Positions 30,083 to 40,010 of a DNA stretch of 64,000 bases are shown here, piece after piece. The translations under genes and the position numbers were made by a program. The number at the start of each line of letters is the position of its first letter. Positions within the stretch are counted from its first letter, which is position 1. Source of the stretch: a virus; the IMG/VR virus record IMGVR_UViG_3300025759_000072, positions 1 to 64,000 of that record. One strand, 5' to 3'. The notes under the pieces were generated by a model, which was not told the origin of the DNA, did not search any database, and worked only from the letters and a program-made list of their open reading frames with translations.

Positions 30083-31611
30083 TATAGATTATCCACTGTT
30101 GAGTTGGTAGTATCATTGATACCAGTTCTACCAATTGGTCCTGTTGCATTAGTATGATCATCAAAGTTATCTGCAATCCATGTATAAGTATCACCACCAA
30201 CATGTTTATAGTATGCTTGGTCATAGCGAATATGAGCGTCACCATTGTAATCAATAGAAGACTTCGCATTGTATTTTCTTGTAGCAGCACCAGTAAATGT
30301 CATTGAAGATGTTGACTGAAACTCTTCGTTAGCAGCGCCAGTTGATGTATGTTTAAATGTACCACCATTTGCAATACTCATGTTACCAGCCGCAGCAAAG
30401 TCAATGTTTTTAATTGAAACAATTTGTGTATTGCCAGTAACGGTAAGTTTACTGTTAACTTGAACTGTTTTTGCTTCACTATATTTAATCGTTGTTTTCT
30501 TATTTTTACCTACTATTTCAGTATAATTTCCATCAATAGTTGACCTACGATCACCAGTGACTCTTTCTGCTTTATTACCATTGATTTGTGTGGACTCGTT
30601 TGTCAATACTTCTTTTAGATCATTACCTTGAATCTTTGTAACACGATCACCACGAACTGTGACGTACTGATTGCCATCAACTTCTGTGTAATGATCTCCT
30701 TGAATATATAACTTGGCATTGCCTTTCACAGTAATGTTCTGTGTACCTTGAATGTATATGTTCTCATCACTAACTACAACTTCATAGTTCTTACCAACGA
30801 CTTTGGTAACACGAGTACCATCTGATTGAATTTCTTCAAATGTGCCAGCATTATGATACTGATGGATTCTACCAATACCTGGAGTATCATCAATTTCAAA
30901 CACATGACCTGACTCAGAACGATATACATGATTATATGGATAACTTGATGCTGAACCCTCTTCTCTTTGTGGACCTTCTCCACCATAACGAGCATTAGGT
31001 TCATGCCAATAAGGAGTTGTATCTTTACCTTCACTGTCTTCAGCATAGTCAGCATCAGCGCCAACTGTAGGACCAACAGCACCTTTTTGATAAGTGTCGC
31101 TCGTTCCATATCTTGATCTAAGAGAAGCAAGATCAGGAGCCGTTGCCGTTGGAACATCTCTTAATCGATTATTTCTTTTTGCGATTAATGAAGCATCTGA
31201 TTCAGCGACTATTCCGTTACGAGCGAGTCTTGGTGTATCTGGTTGAAACAAACTGTCAAGTGTTGGATAGTTACCTTTGGGATCTGAAAATCCATTTGTA
31301 GTCATTTCAGTTGGAATACCAGCCAACGAACCCATAATGACAGGTCTTTGTGCTTCTTTACCATCAGCAAAGAAACCAACAACCCAAGTTCCTTCTAACA
31401 ATCCAGTAGCAGACCTACCAATACCACTATTAGCAGCTGATGTGATTGGTTGTATTGGTTGTGCCCAAGGTAAATCTTTTGTTGGCAACTCTTTTAGATC
31501 ATCGGTATGCCAACCATAACAACGAACTCGCACACGACCAAGTTCAAGAGGATCAGCACGATCCTCTACAACTCCATACCACCATACAAATTCTTCACCT
31601 AAGTTTTTCAT
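30082..31611 (-). CDS. gp5: Baseplate hub/spike gp5 (OB fold + beta-helix; no lysozyme domain recognised)
   Basis: FVWWYGVVEDRADPLELGRVRVRCYGWH..LPWA; YPYNHV..SESGHVFEIDDTPG; V.G repeats. Confidence 0.92.
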   Translation of the reverse strand: MKNLGEEFVWWYGVVEDRADPLELGRVRVRCYGWHTDDLKELPTKDLPWAQPIQPITSAANSGIGRSATGLLEGTWVVGFFADGKEAQRPVIMGSLAGIPTEMTTNGFSDPKGNYPTLDSLFQPDTPRLARNGIVAESDASLIAKRNNRLRDVPTATAPDLASLRSRYGTSDTYQKGAVGPTVGADADYAEDSEGKDTTPYWHEPNARYGGEGPQREEGSASSYPYNHVYRSESGHVFEIDDTPGIGRIHQYHNAGTFEEIQSDGTRVTKVVGKNYEVVVSDENIYIQGTQNITVKGNAKLYIQGDHYTEVDGNQYVTVRGDRVTKIQGNDLKEVLTNESTQINGNKAERVTGDRRSTIDGNYTEIVGKNKKTTIKYSEAKTVQVNSKLTVTGNTQIVSIKNIDFAAAGNMSIANGGTFKHTSTGAANEEFQSTSSMTFTGAATRKYNAKSSIDYNGDAHIRYDQAYYKHVGGDTYTWIADNFDDHTNATGPIGRTGINDTTNSTVDNL

Positions 31612-33053
31612 TCTTCTGGTTCCATATTATCTGTAGTCAATTTTACTTCTTCACCAATTATATCTTTTGCGTACACGTCTTTGACACATTCTAATACAGT
31701 AAAAAAATTATCGTCTGCGCTGTTAATATTGTGACGAATTGCTGTTACGAAAAAACGATTTCCAAACAATAGATTTTCTTTATTTAAATATAATTCATTC
31801 TCTGTATTTTGGGGTATGTGTAAGTTGATGATATTTCCAATTTCAATATCAGTGTTGCCAGGAATAGTAACTTCAAGAACAATATTATTTAATTGTAATC
31901 TAGATGCATGATTGTATTTGAACCACTCATGAAGTTTTTTTGGATTTCGAATTTGCGAATCTGTTCCTTTTGCTTTTACAAGAAAATCTTGATTTGAATA
32001 ATCTTCGCCTATGTTACTAATCATATACAAAGAAGCTGATGTATCAATGTCTTCCGAATATATTGATTTTTTTGAAAACAAAGATTTATTTTTCTCGGTA
32101 TGACTAATATATTTTGCATCTTTACTATACGTGAATGTATCCGTTTTGAACCTTTTTGTAATAGGATCAATCGATTCAATTTTATGAAAGAACATACCAG
32201 TGTTTAATCTTTCAAGATTATCAAACTGACGAATCTTTTTAATCTCCATAATGATTTGATGAGATTTAATTTTTGATTTGATTTTATCTTGACCATCTAA
32301 AGAAGCATCCATTAGAAAAAAGTCTTCGACTTTTTCTTTATTTAATAAGTAATCAAGAGTATGTAGATACCATCCATCATAACTCTCATAAAATATGAAA
32401 TTAGAAGCAAGACTCGTTTCTTCGAATTCTATTTCTTCTTGTGGTTTTGAATATTTTTCATAAGCGTATTTTTTAATTGTGCCTCGACTTTTTGACTGTG
32501 TTTCTATAGAAACTTGATTAATAGCTTTTAAAGGAGAAACACCAGGAAAAACAAAAGACTTATTTTCAACCGTTTCTTGTAAATATAGATTTTTCTTTCT
32601 TACAATACCAAACTCTTCTTTTGGTTCTAGATAAGAAGCATATATTGCTTTAATAATATTATCGCCTGTCATATCTATATAAGATTTATTGACCGATTTT
32701 CTTCCATTATTAATTAGTTCTTGTGAACAAGCACACAACACAAACGCTTCAGACCTTCCACTTATTTCTCTTCTATTTTCGATTTTATATACACGAAAAA
32801 CATATTGAAGAAGTTTTTCAGTATTCGGTGTTTTAAAACGAACAACAAGCAATTCATCACCGACAATCGGTGCCATCTCAATAATGCCTTTGGAATCTAA
32901 TATAGCGACTTCACAATACACACCCTGTTGGTACATGTCATGAAAAATTACAAACTCTTGCGCGATAAAGCGAAGAGGTATTATTGTTCCATTATATGTA
33001 ATCAGTTCGATGCTGCGAATATCAACAGCATTCGGTGCACCTGGTTTTGCCAT
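31608..33053 (-). CDS. Probable baseplate hub protein (gp27-like)
   Basis: Between gp53 and gp5; PIVGDE, FIFYESYDG, IPGNTDIEIGNII..FFVTAIRH typical of hub proteins. Confidence 0.55.
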   Translation of the reverse strand: MAKPGAPNAVDIRSIELITYNGTIIPLRFIAQEFVIFHDMYQQGVYCEVAILDSKGIIEMAPIVGDELLVVRFKTPNTEKLLQYVFRVYKIENRREISGRSEAFVLCACSQELINNGRKSVNKSYIDMTGDNIIKAIYASYLEPKEEFGIVRKKNLYLQETVENKSFVFPGVSPLKAINQVSIETQSKSRGTIKKYAYEKYSKPQEEIEFEETSLASNFIFYESYDGWYLHTLDYLLNKEKVEDFFLMDASLDGQDKIKSKIKSHQIIMEIKKIRQFDNLERLNTGMFFHKIESIDPITKRFKTDTFTYSKDAKYISHTEKNKSLFSKKSIYSEDIDTSASLYMISNIGEDYSNQDFLVKAKGTDSQIRNPKKLHEWFKYNHASRLQLNNIVLEVTIPGNTDIEIGNIINLHIPQNTENELYLNKENLLFGNRFFVTAIRHNINSADDNFFTVLECVKDVYAKDIIGEEVKLTTDNMEPEE

Positions 33054-33619
33054 TATTCAAAAATACTTTCAGCTTCAGACAAAAATTGACCAAGATAATT
33101 TTTTTGTAAAATCTTTAATGTTCTTTTCTTTTCGTTTTCTTCAACTTCATATGTATAACTATCTACTTCACGTTTCTCATCAACTGGCAATCCAGCATAT
33201 GTGGTTGCATCAACATTCAATCGTTTTTCTGGTACAATGGTACCATCAAAAAGTTTTTGAAATGGTTGATAGATCCATTCATAATGGTGTGTTTGTTGCT
33301 GGGCTGTTTCAATAGAACCATACTTTCCTCTAACATAGTTTACAAAATCTTGATAACCAAGAGGTAAGTCATATTGTGGATCGATAATATCATTTGTAAT
33401 CATTATAACCCAATCAAGAGAAACATCACCATAATATCTATTAGCAACATATTGCAATGTTTGCCCTTCCTGTAAATCATATGTATAGTATAATGCAGTT
33501 CTATTTTTAAGAACATTAACAAGTTTAAATCTAACAAGAGGATTTTGAATGACTCTGTTAGTACCATCCTTTAACAAATCATATTGAATTGTTGGATGAT
33601 TTCGAAAATAAAAAGCCAT
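33053..33619 (-). CDS. gp53: Baseplate wedge subunit gp53
   Basis: YFRNHPTIQY, VANRYYGD..LDWVIMITNDIIDP, HHYE, YTYEVEENEKKR. Confidence 0.9.
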   Translation of the reverse strand: MAFYFRNHPTIQYDLLKDGTNRVIQNPLVRFKLVNVLKNRTALYYTYDLQEGQTLQYVANRYYGDVSLDWVIMITNDIIDPQYDLPLGYQDFVNYVRGKYGSIETAQQQTHHYEWIYQPFQKLFDGTIVPEKRLNVDATTYAGLPVDEKREVDSYTYEVEENEKKRTLKILQKNYLGQFLSEAESIFE

Positions 33620-33621
33620 TT

Positions 33622-34653
33622 TTACCTCTTATAATTATCGATTGATTCTTTTGTCAATGTCGTGACTTCTTGGAAAGACAAACCAATTTGAATTGATACT
33701 GGAACCTTTACAGTTTCTGAGGCTTGTTGTTCTTCTTCGCCGAGTTCATCTACAACAACTTCCTTTGTAAAGTATAATGGTTGACCTTCTGCATGGTAAT
33801 TAACCGAAACATTTTTTAATACAGATGGGCCAATATTAAACAAAAATTCATGGTGATGGAAATCAATTTCAAATTGTTCTGGATAATCATAGAAAAATTG
33901 AAGGAAACTACCAGCTCCTGCCGCTTGACTTGGAGCAGAATAGTATTTTAATAATTTAATAATATTCAAAATTGCTACAGATTCTTCAAAGTTTTTGGCA
34001 ACGACTTTCCATGAAAATTCGTGAACACGAAATTCTGGTTGAGAATATAATAACGCCATATATGGATTTCTTGCTAATCCAGCGCCGCCTAATGCTCCTT
34101 GACCATAAGGAGTTGCACCAGCAGCACCAGCTAATGTGTATACTCCATATGCTCCGGCTGTTTTCGCTGCTGAAGCAGGATCAGTTTTATCCCAAACTTC
34201 TTTTAATTTTTTACCTATAGTAGAAGCAGCGCCACCTGCAGCATCCAAACCTTTTGATAAATCTAAATTAAAAACAGCGTCAACAAGTTTATCAGCGTTA
34301 TTTCCTAAACTATTTATCGTACTTCTAAGTTTAGCGCCAGCAAGAGCGTTACCAATAGGACCGATACCCTCAGCGTTATATGTTTGATTATATGCAGTTG
34401 CTAAGTTTAATGGTAAAGGTAAAAATATTCTGGCCAAATCTGCATTTAGTAGATAATCTTGTTCTCGCCGCAAACTGCTTGATGATCTTTTTATGATACG
34501 AATAGCCATCCAATGATCTATTTCTTGTATATTTTCTGGAAAATAAAAACTTTCAGCAGAATTTGTTCCACCAAGAGCGGCAGCAAGTTCATCGTGTGCT
34601 GGTTTTTCATACGAAGCATTGTCTCCTAAAATTTCAGATGGTTTTTTGGACAT
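33622..34653 (-). CDS. gp48: Baseplate tail-tube cap gp48
   Basis: IFLPLP, NPYMALLYSQPEFRVHEFSWK, YPEQFEI, LSFQE; start moved to ATG at 34653 (AAGGA RBS, late promoter 34683-34690). Confidence 0.8.
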   Translation of the reverse strand: MSKKPSEILGDNASYEKPAHDELAAALGGTNSAESFYFPENIQEIDHWMAIRIIKRSSSSLRREQDYLLNADLARIFLPLPLNLATAYNQTYNAEGIGPIGNALAGAKLRSTINSLGNNADKLVDAVFNLDLSKGLDAAGGAASTIGKKLKEVWDKTDPASAAKTAGAYGVYTLAGAAGATPYGQGALGGAGLARNPYMALLYSQPEFRVHEFSWKVVAKNFEESVAILNIIKLLKYYSAPSQAAGAGSFLQFFYDYPEQFEIDFHHHEFLFNIGPSVLKNVSVNYHAEGQPLYFTKEVVVDELGEEEQQASETVKVPVSIQIGLSFQEVTTLTKESIDNYKR

Positions 34654-34690
34654 ATAAATAATCCTTGTAAACGGGGTTTGATTATTTATA
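34653..34690. promoter_or_regulatory. Two face-to-face late promoters for divergent gp48 and gp4
   Basis: TATAAATA on + at 34653-34660 and on - at 34683-34690. Confidence 0.8.
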
Positions 34691-35128
34691 ATGACTTCAC
34701 TCAAAGGCAGATATCGACCAACTCATCCACAGAAGTACAAAGGCGATCCGACGAACATTATCTATCGTAGTTCGTGGGAGTTAAAGTATATGAAGTGGTG
34801 TGATCATAATCAGGCTGTGATCCAGTGGCAGTCCGAAGAGTTTTCTATACCGTATCGTCATCCGATAGATGGTAAGGTGCATAGATATTTCCCTGACTTT
34901 CTTGTTAAAATAAAAACATCACATGATATCGTTGAGACATGGGTGATAGAAATCAAACCTATGTATCAAGTCAAAGAACCAAAGCCACAGAATCGTAAAA
35001 CAAAGAAGTATCTAACAGAAGTCAAGACGTATGCAATCAATCGTTACAAATGGGACTATGCTATTGAGTGGTGTAAAGATCGTGGATACAAGTTCATCAT
35101 ACTCACTGAGAAAGAGTTGAATGTTTAA
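34691..35128 (+). CDS. gp4: Head completion protein gp4 (TnsA-like nuclease fold)
   Basis: KYKGDPTNIIYRSSWE..WCD..HRYFPDF..IEIKP. Confidence 0.92.
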   Translation: MTSLKGRYRPTHPQKYKGDPTNIIYRSSWELKYMKWCDHNQAVIQWQSEEFSIPYRHPIDGKVHRYFPDFLVKIKTSHDIVETWVIEIKPMYQVKEPKPQNRKTKKYLTEVKTYAINRYKWDYAIEWCKDRGYKFIILTEKELNV

Positions 35129-35154
35129 TATAAATAATCAAAAGGAGTACTGCT

Positions 35155-35742
35155 TTGGTAGCATACATATTCGATAAGATGTTAGTACAGGGTGTTCGTT
35201 CTGGTCAAATCCCCGCTCGAACACAACAGTCTCGTGATTGGTTTCGTGATAAGGCTAAGAATGCAAGTGTGACTCCAACAAAGTTAATGAAAGAAGACGT
35301 TTCTCGGTTTGTGAATCGAGCAACAGTTGGTAAGATGTATCACTTTTACTATGATCCAAAACATAAGAAGACACTACCTTACTATGATACATTTCCATTG
35401 ATTTTTAAAGTGAAGAATGTTCCTAATGGATTTCTTGGTCTCAATCTTCACTATCTTCCATTAAGACAACGAGCAGTGTTGATGGATGCATTATATGATT
35501 TGACAACAAATACAAAGTATGATGAAACAACGAAGTTAAGAATCAGTTATGATATTTTGAATGGAGCGGCGAAGTATAAGTGGTTTAAACCAACATTGAA
35601 GATGTATCTAAACAAACATGTGCGATCAAGGTTTTTAGAGATTAGTTCTGTCGAATGGGATATGGCATTATTCCTTCCAACAGAAAGATTTGAGAAATCA
35701 AGTAAACGATCTGTCTGGAAAGACAGCAGACAAATGGTATAA
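35155..35742 (+). CDS. gp2: DNA end protector gp2
   Basis: YDPKHKKTLPYYDTFPL..GFLGLNLHYLP; late promoter 35129-35136. Confidence 0.92.
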   Translation: MVAYIFDKMLVQGVRSGQIPARTQQSRDWFRDKAKNASVTPTKLMKEDVSRFVNRATVGKMYHFYYDPKHKKTLPYYDTFPLIFKVKNVPNGFLGLNLHYLPLRQRAVLMDALYDLTTNTKYDETTKLRISYDILNGAAKYKWFKPTLKMYLNKHVRSRFLEISSVEWDMALFLPTERFEKSSKRSVWKDSRQMV

Positions 35743-35745
35743 CAA

Positions 35746-36522
35746 ATGGCATTTAACGTCAATCAATTTCAAGCAGAGATGACAAGAAACGGAATCGCTA
35801 AGACAAGTGATTTCGAAGTTGAGATTACAGGAGCACCAGTATCTGGTAATGTTCTTGAATCAAGTCAGTTATCTCTTGGTTCGATTCTTTCAAATCCAGT
35901 TGGTACTGTTACTGATGCTGTTGGTGATTTTCTTGGTGGTATTTTTGGTACAGGAACTGGTGGTGCAAGATCAATGTCGTTTAGAATTGATTCTGTAACT
36001 TTTCCACAACGGTCTCTTGGACGTATCGATTACAAAGATTATGGCGCACCATATAATATCGGCAGTCTTGCAAACTATGTTAATATCGATTTCTCTGTTA
36101 TTCTCAGCCCAGATTTAAGAGAACGTGAGTTCTTCATGCAATGGCAAGATCGTGTTACAGGTAATCATAGAACAGGTGGTTCGAACTTTGATATTGGTTA
36201 CTATGATCAGTATGTACTCAAACAAGGATTTACGATTTATCAGTTGAATCCAAACGGGCAAAGAACATATGCTATTCGTCTTGTTGATTGTTATCCAGAA
36301 CAGATTGCATCATTATCTGGAAACTGGAGTGCGACCGACGTACAAAAACAAAATGTCACAATGGCATATAGATACTTCACTGAAGAAAGACTTAAAACAT
36401 CATTCACCTTTGATCTTGACAATGTTGCTTCTGCTTTCAATGCTGTGAAGAATCTACCAAACCAAATAAAAGGAAGATCAAAAGACGCTCTGAACAGAGC
36501 AGGATTCCCATTGAATTTATAA
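35746..36522 (+). CDS. Tail-tube initiator gp54-like (gp19 family)
   Basis: EREFFMQWQD..IGYYDQY..IYQL..YPEQI; position after gp2. Confidence 0.65.
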   Translation: MAFNVNQFQAEMTRNGIAKTSDFEVEITGAPVSGNVLESSQLSLGSILSNPVGTVTDAVGDFLGGIFGTGTGGARSMSFRIDSVTFPQRSLGRIDYKDYGAPYNIGSLANYVNIDFSVILSPDLREREFFMQWQDRVTGNHRTGGSNFDIGYYDQYVLKQGFTIYQLNPNGQRTYAIRLVDCYPEQIASLSGNWSATDVQKQNVTMAYRYFTEERLKTSFTFDLDNVASAFNAVKNLPNQIKGRSKDALNRAGFPLNL

Positions 36523-36541
36523 TATTGACCTGGAGTAAAAT

Positions 36542-37255
36542 ATGGCTTTACCTAAATTAGTAACACCTGAGTTTGAGACTGTTATTCCTTCGACAAAAGA
36601 ACCGATTAAGTTTCGCCCGTTCTTAGTGAAAGAAGAAAAAATTTTGTATATGGCTCTTGAGGGCGGCGAAGAAAAAATTATACAAGAAGCAGTTTGTAAC
36701 ATTCTAGATTCTTGTATTCTAACATCAAATGTTGATGCTAAAAAACTTGCATCGTATGATATTGAATATTTGTTTTTACAATTAAGAAGTAAATCGGTTG
36801 GCGAGTCTGTTGAGTTAAATCTTCGTCATGGTGCGGATATTGAATGCAAACATATTACGGAAATGACTATACCTTATGGAAATATTGGTGTTACTTTTAA
36901 TGAAAAACATCAAAACAATATTAAGATAGATGACAAATATGGGATTAAATTGAGAGATCCATCTTACTTCGATATTACTAACACTATTAATGAAAATCAA
37001 GATGAGTTACAAAACATCTTTAATATCATTGTAAATTGTGTGGAATGTGTGTACGACGAAGAAAATGTATATGATGAGTTTACAAAAGAAGAGATGAATG
37101 ATTTTCTTTCAAACCTAACACAATCTCAATTTGAAAATATTAAAAATTTTTTTGATACATTACCAAAATTAGAACATGAAATTAGTTGGACATGTGAAGA
37201 ATGTGGTAAAGAAGAAAAATTAAAATTGGAAGGGTTGCAAAGTTTTTTTATGTAG
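36542..37255 (+). CDS. gp26: Baseplate hub assembly protein gp26
   Basis: MALPKL..FRPFLVKEEKIL..DIEYLFLQLRSKSVGE..CEECG..LEGLQSFF. Confidence 0.9.
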   Translation: MALPKLVTPEFETVIPSTKEPIKFRPFLVKEEKILYMALEGGEEKIIQEAVCNILDSCILTSNVDAKKLASYDIEYLFLQLRSKSVGESVELNLRHGADIECKHITEMTIPYGNIGVTFNEKHQNNIKIDDKYGIKLRDPSYFDITNTINENQDELQNIFNIIVNCVECVYDEENVYDEFTKEEMNDFLSNLTQSQFENIKNFFDTLPKLEHEISWTCEECGKEEKLKLEGLQSFFM

Positions 37256-37302
37256 GGCTCAGTCATGATTCGTTGATTAATCATTATTATACGAATTTTG
37301 CT

Positions 37303-37434
37303 ATGATGCAACATCACAAATATTCATTGACTGAGTTAGATAACATGATTCCTTTTGAAAGAAAAATATATGTTGATTTATTATTGCAACATCTAAAAGA
37401 AGAAAAAGAAAGATTAGAGAACCAAAATGTCTAG
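37303..37434 (+). CDS. gp51: Baseplate hub assembly catalyst gp51-like (possibly the frameshifted extension of gp26)
   Basis: Below ORF-track cutoff: MMQHHKYSLTELDNMIPFERKIYVDLLLQHLKEEKERLENQNV*; frame open upstream into the gp26 3' end. Confidence 0.8.
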   Translation: MMQHHKYSLTELDNMIPFERKIYVDLLLQHLKEEKERLENQNV

Positions 37435-38980
37435 TTTCGAAGCAGTAATTGATAGGATGAAACAAGAGGGTGATTTGACTCGCAACAGCGGGACAAATTC
37501 TCTCAAACAAATTAATAGAACTCTAGAATCTATCTTAGAGACTCTTAGTAAAAATTTTAAAACTCTTCAAAATATCAAAACCGCTACTCCATCTAGAACA
37601 ACACCTAGAGATGATACCCCCATACCAGAAAGAATTAGCCCTGAGTTTAAGACTCAGAGGAGTGGTGGTGTCATTTCAGCAATGAGTTCTGCAATATCTG
37701 GGCAAACGATTGGTAGATTAGGTATTGGTAGTTCAGGTAAAGCGCAACAAAAAAGAAAAGAGATTGCCGACGCCTCTGGTTTAACAAAACTCAGAGAAAT
37801 GAGAGAAGGCGCTATTGAAAAACTATATTCGTTTTCTGATTCAAAAACAAAAAACAAAAAAGAAGATGAATCGTTAAAAGAAGAGAAAGAACAAACTTCT
37901 TTATTAAGAGAACTTGTTGGTACTTTTAAAAAACGATTTTTCAAAGAAAAACAAGAAAACTTAAAAAGAGCAGATGTAGAATCTCAACAAAGAGAATTTG
38001 ATTTTGGTGGGGAACCTACCGCAGAACCAAAAGAAAAAAGTAAAGGTATTTTTGGTACTCTTTTTAGTTTATTAGGTTCTGGTCTAAGTACAATTTTTGG
38101 ACCTATTATTGCATTATTAACAAATCCTACCGTGTTGGCTTTACTTGTTGGGATTGGTGCTTTTCTTGTCGCAGTAAAAACTTATGAAAAAGATATACTT
38201 GCCGCCAGAGATGCTTTGGTTGAATGGTCAAAACCGTTTACAGATTGGTTACAAAAGACTGGAGGAAAATTAAGAAATACTTTAGGGATTGCAATTGATA
38301 CTGTAACAGGATTAACTAAATCACAAGAAAAAATGATGCAAGAAAGTCCAGGGACTGAATCCGATTTTCAAAGTAACGCTTGGAAGGGTAAAAGTCCCTA
38401 CATGACAAAAGAAGAAAGAGAACAATATAACAAACAATTAGAAACTGGTCAAGCAAAAATAACTTCTAAAAGAACAGAAGAAATAAAACAAGGATTATCT
38501 AGAAGCGAAGTTGAGTCTGCTTTAAAAACTGAAGAAGGAAAAAGAAGTGGTTTTTGGAATTCAATTGTTGGTCCCGGTGACAGGATAGTTAGTGGACCTC
38601 TTGCTGGATTAACAATGGATCAAGCTAGAGCATTACTTGAATCGACAGAATTGAAAGATACTGCTCCTAAAAAACAAATGCGTAACAGCGCCGCTGTCGT
38701 TATGCGAGGCCCCCCGCCGGCAGCATATAAGGAGGGAGCTGCTGATCCTGATGATATTTCGGGGAGAGTTGTTCCACGTGGAATTCCAGAATCTTCGCAA
38801 CAACTCGGTCAAGGATCTGGTCAACGACCAATCATCGTTAATAATGTTTCAGCACCTACAACAGTAGATGCATCAACAAACGCTCCAACCACAGTCAATG
38901 GTGGTGGTAATGGTTACAGTGCTCCTGCAGCAAGAAGACAAATGACATTATATCCATCGATGGATGCTACAGGCGCATAA
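37427..38980 (+). CDS. Probable tape-measure/hub protein (gp29-like)
   Basis: Follows gp26/gp51; helical with hydrophobic stretch GIFGTLFSLLGSG..LLVGIGAFLVAV; C-terminal IIVNNVSAPTTVDAS. Confidence 0.5.
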   Translation: MSSFEAVIDRMKQEGDLTRNSGTNSLKQINRTLESILETLSKNFKTLQNIKTATPSRTTPRDDTPIPERISPEFKTQRSGGVISAMSSAISGQTIGRLGIGSSGKAQQKRKEIADASGLTKLREMREGAIEKLYSFSDSKTKNKKEDESLKEEKEQTSLLRELVGTFKKRFFKEKQENLKRADVESQQREFDFGGEPTAEPKEKSKGIFGTLFSLLGSGLSTIFGPIIALLTNPTVLALLVGIGAFLVAVKTYEKDILAARDALVEWSKPFTDWLQKTGGKLRNTLGIAIDTVTGLTKSQEKMMQESPGTESDFQSNAWKGKSPYMTKEEREQYNKQLETGQAKITSKRTEEIKQGLSRSEVESALKTEEGKRSGFWNSIVGPGDRIVSGPLAGLTMDQARALLESTELKDTAPKKQMRNSAAVVMRGPPPAAYKEGAADPDDISGRVVPRGIPESSQQLGQGSGQRPIIVNNVSAPTTVDASTNAPTTVNGGGNGYSAPAARRQMTLYPSMDATGA

Positions 38981-39009
38981 AAAAGAGGGGACCCAGCGGA
39001 TCCCCTCTC
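38979..39009. terminator. Intrinsic terminator between convergent tape measure and gp32
   Basis: A-tract plus GAGGGGA/TCCCCTC stem; U-tract on the minus strand. Confidence 0.75.
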
Positions 39010-39033
39010 CAAAACGCATTGCGCTATTTTGTA

Positions 39034-39933
39034 TTAGTCTTCTTCTGCTAGCTGTTTGAAGAAGTCTAAGCTATCATCAGATGACTCTTCGCTCAAAGGT
39101 TGATCCTCTTCTTGAACCTTCGCGGATTGAACTTGACGAGGCTCCTCAAAAACTTCCTCGTCAACTTCGTCAGCAGTTGAGGATACTGCTGTGGCTCCAA
39201 GAACCCGATTTAGTCTTGCCTGTAGTTCGGCATAGGTCTTGAAGTTTTTACGATCTAGAAACTCTTGTAGGGAGTATTGTGAGTTCCAGACCTTTTCCAG
39301 CTCATCATCTTCTTCTGATAGAGCTGAAACTTTATCAAACTCTGACTTGTCGTAATTACGATAACCTTCGACATTACGAATCTTCAGTTTGAGATTAGCG
39401 CCTTCCCAAAGATCAAAAGGATTGGTTGGATCTTCATCTTCGAACTCAGGGTTCATTTGGTCGTTGATCTTATCCCAAATCTTCTTACCATACTTGTAAA
39501 GGAATACCTTACCCTCGTTTTCAGGATGAGCAGGATCTTTTACAATATAGATGTTTGAGATATAAGACAGACGACGCTTCTGCTTGCGAGCCTGTTCTTT
39601 ACCAGCTTCGTCACCACGATTCCAAAGAGTGGAGTTATACTCGCCAAGAGGATCTTTCTCATTGAGAGTCGTAAGCGAGTTCTCAATGTACCAGCCACCT
39701 GGACCTTGGAAACCATGAGAGAACAAACGCACCCAAGGAAGGTCTTCGCCTTTTGGTGCAGGAAGGAAACGAATCACAGCATAACCATTACCTGCCTTAT
39801 CGACTTCTGGTTGCCAGAAACGAGTATCAGCACCGCCTTGTTGAGAACTACTTTGAAGTTTGTTTGTCTCTGAAATGATCTTGTCGTAAACAGATTTGCG
39901 TGAACGCTTGAGGTCTTTAAAAGATGTAGTCAT
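39034..39933 (-). CDS. gp32: Single-stranded DNA-binding protein gp32
   Basis: DKAGNGYAVIRFLPAP..GPGGWYIENSLTT..NEGKVFLYKYGKKI..YRNYDKSEF; acidic tail; promoter 40003-40033. Confidence 0.96.
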   Translation of the reverse strand: MTTSFKDLKRSRKSVYDKIISETNKLQSSSQQGGADTRFWQPEVDKAGNGYAVIRFLPAPKGEDLPWVRLFSHGFQGPGGWYIENSLTTLNEKDPLGEYNSTLWNRGDEAGKEQARKQKRRLSYISNIYIVKDPAHPENEGKVFLYKYGKKIWDKINDQMNPEFEDEDPTNPFDLWEGANLKLKIRNVEGYRNYDKSEFDKVSALSEEDDELEKVWNSQYSLQEFLDRKNFKTYAELQARLNRVLGATAVSSTADEVDEEVFEEPRQVQSAKVQEEDQPLSEESSDDSLDFFKQLAEED

Positions 39934-40010
39934 ATGTATTTCTCCGTATTTCGATGTATGTTTGTATATTTACTTGTCCACAATATTCATCATATAATAT
40001 TCTATTTATA

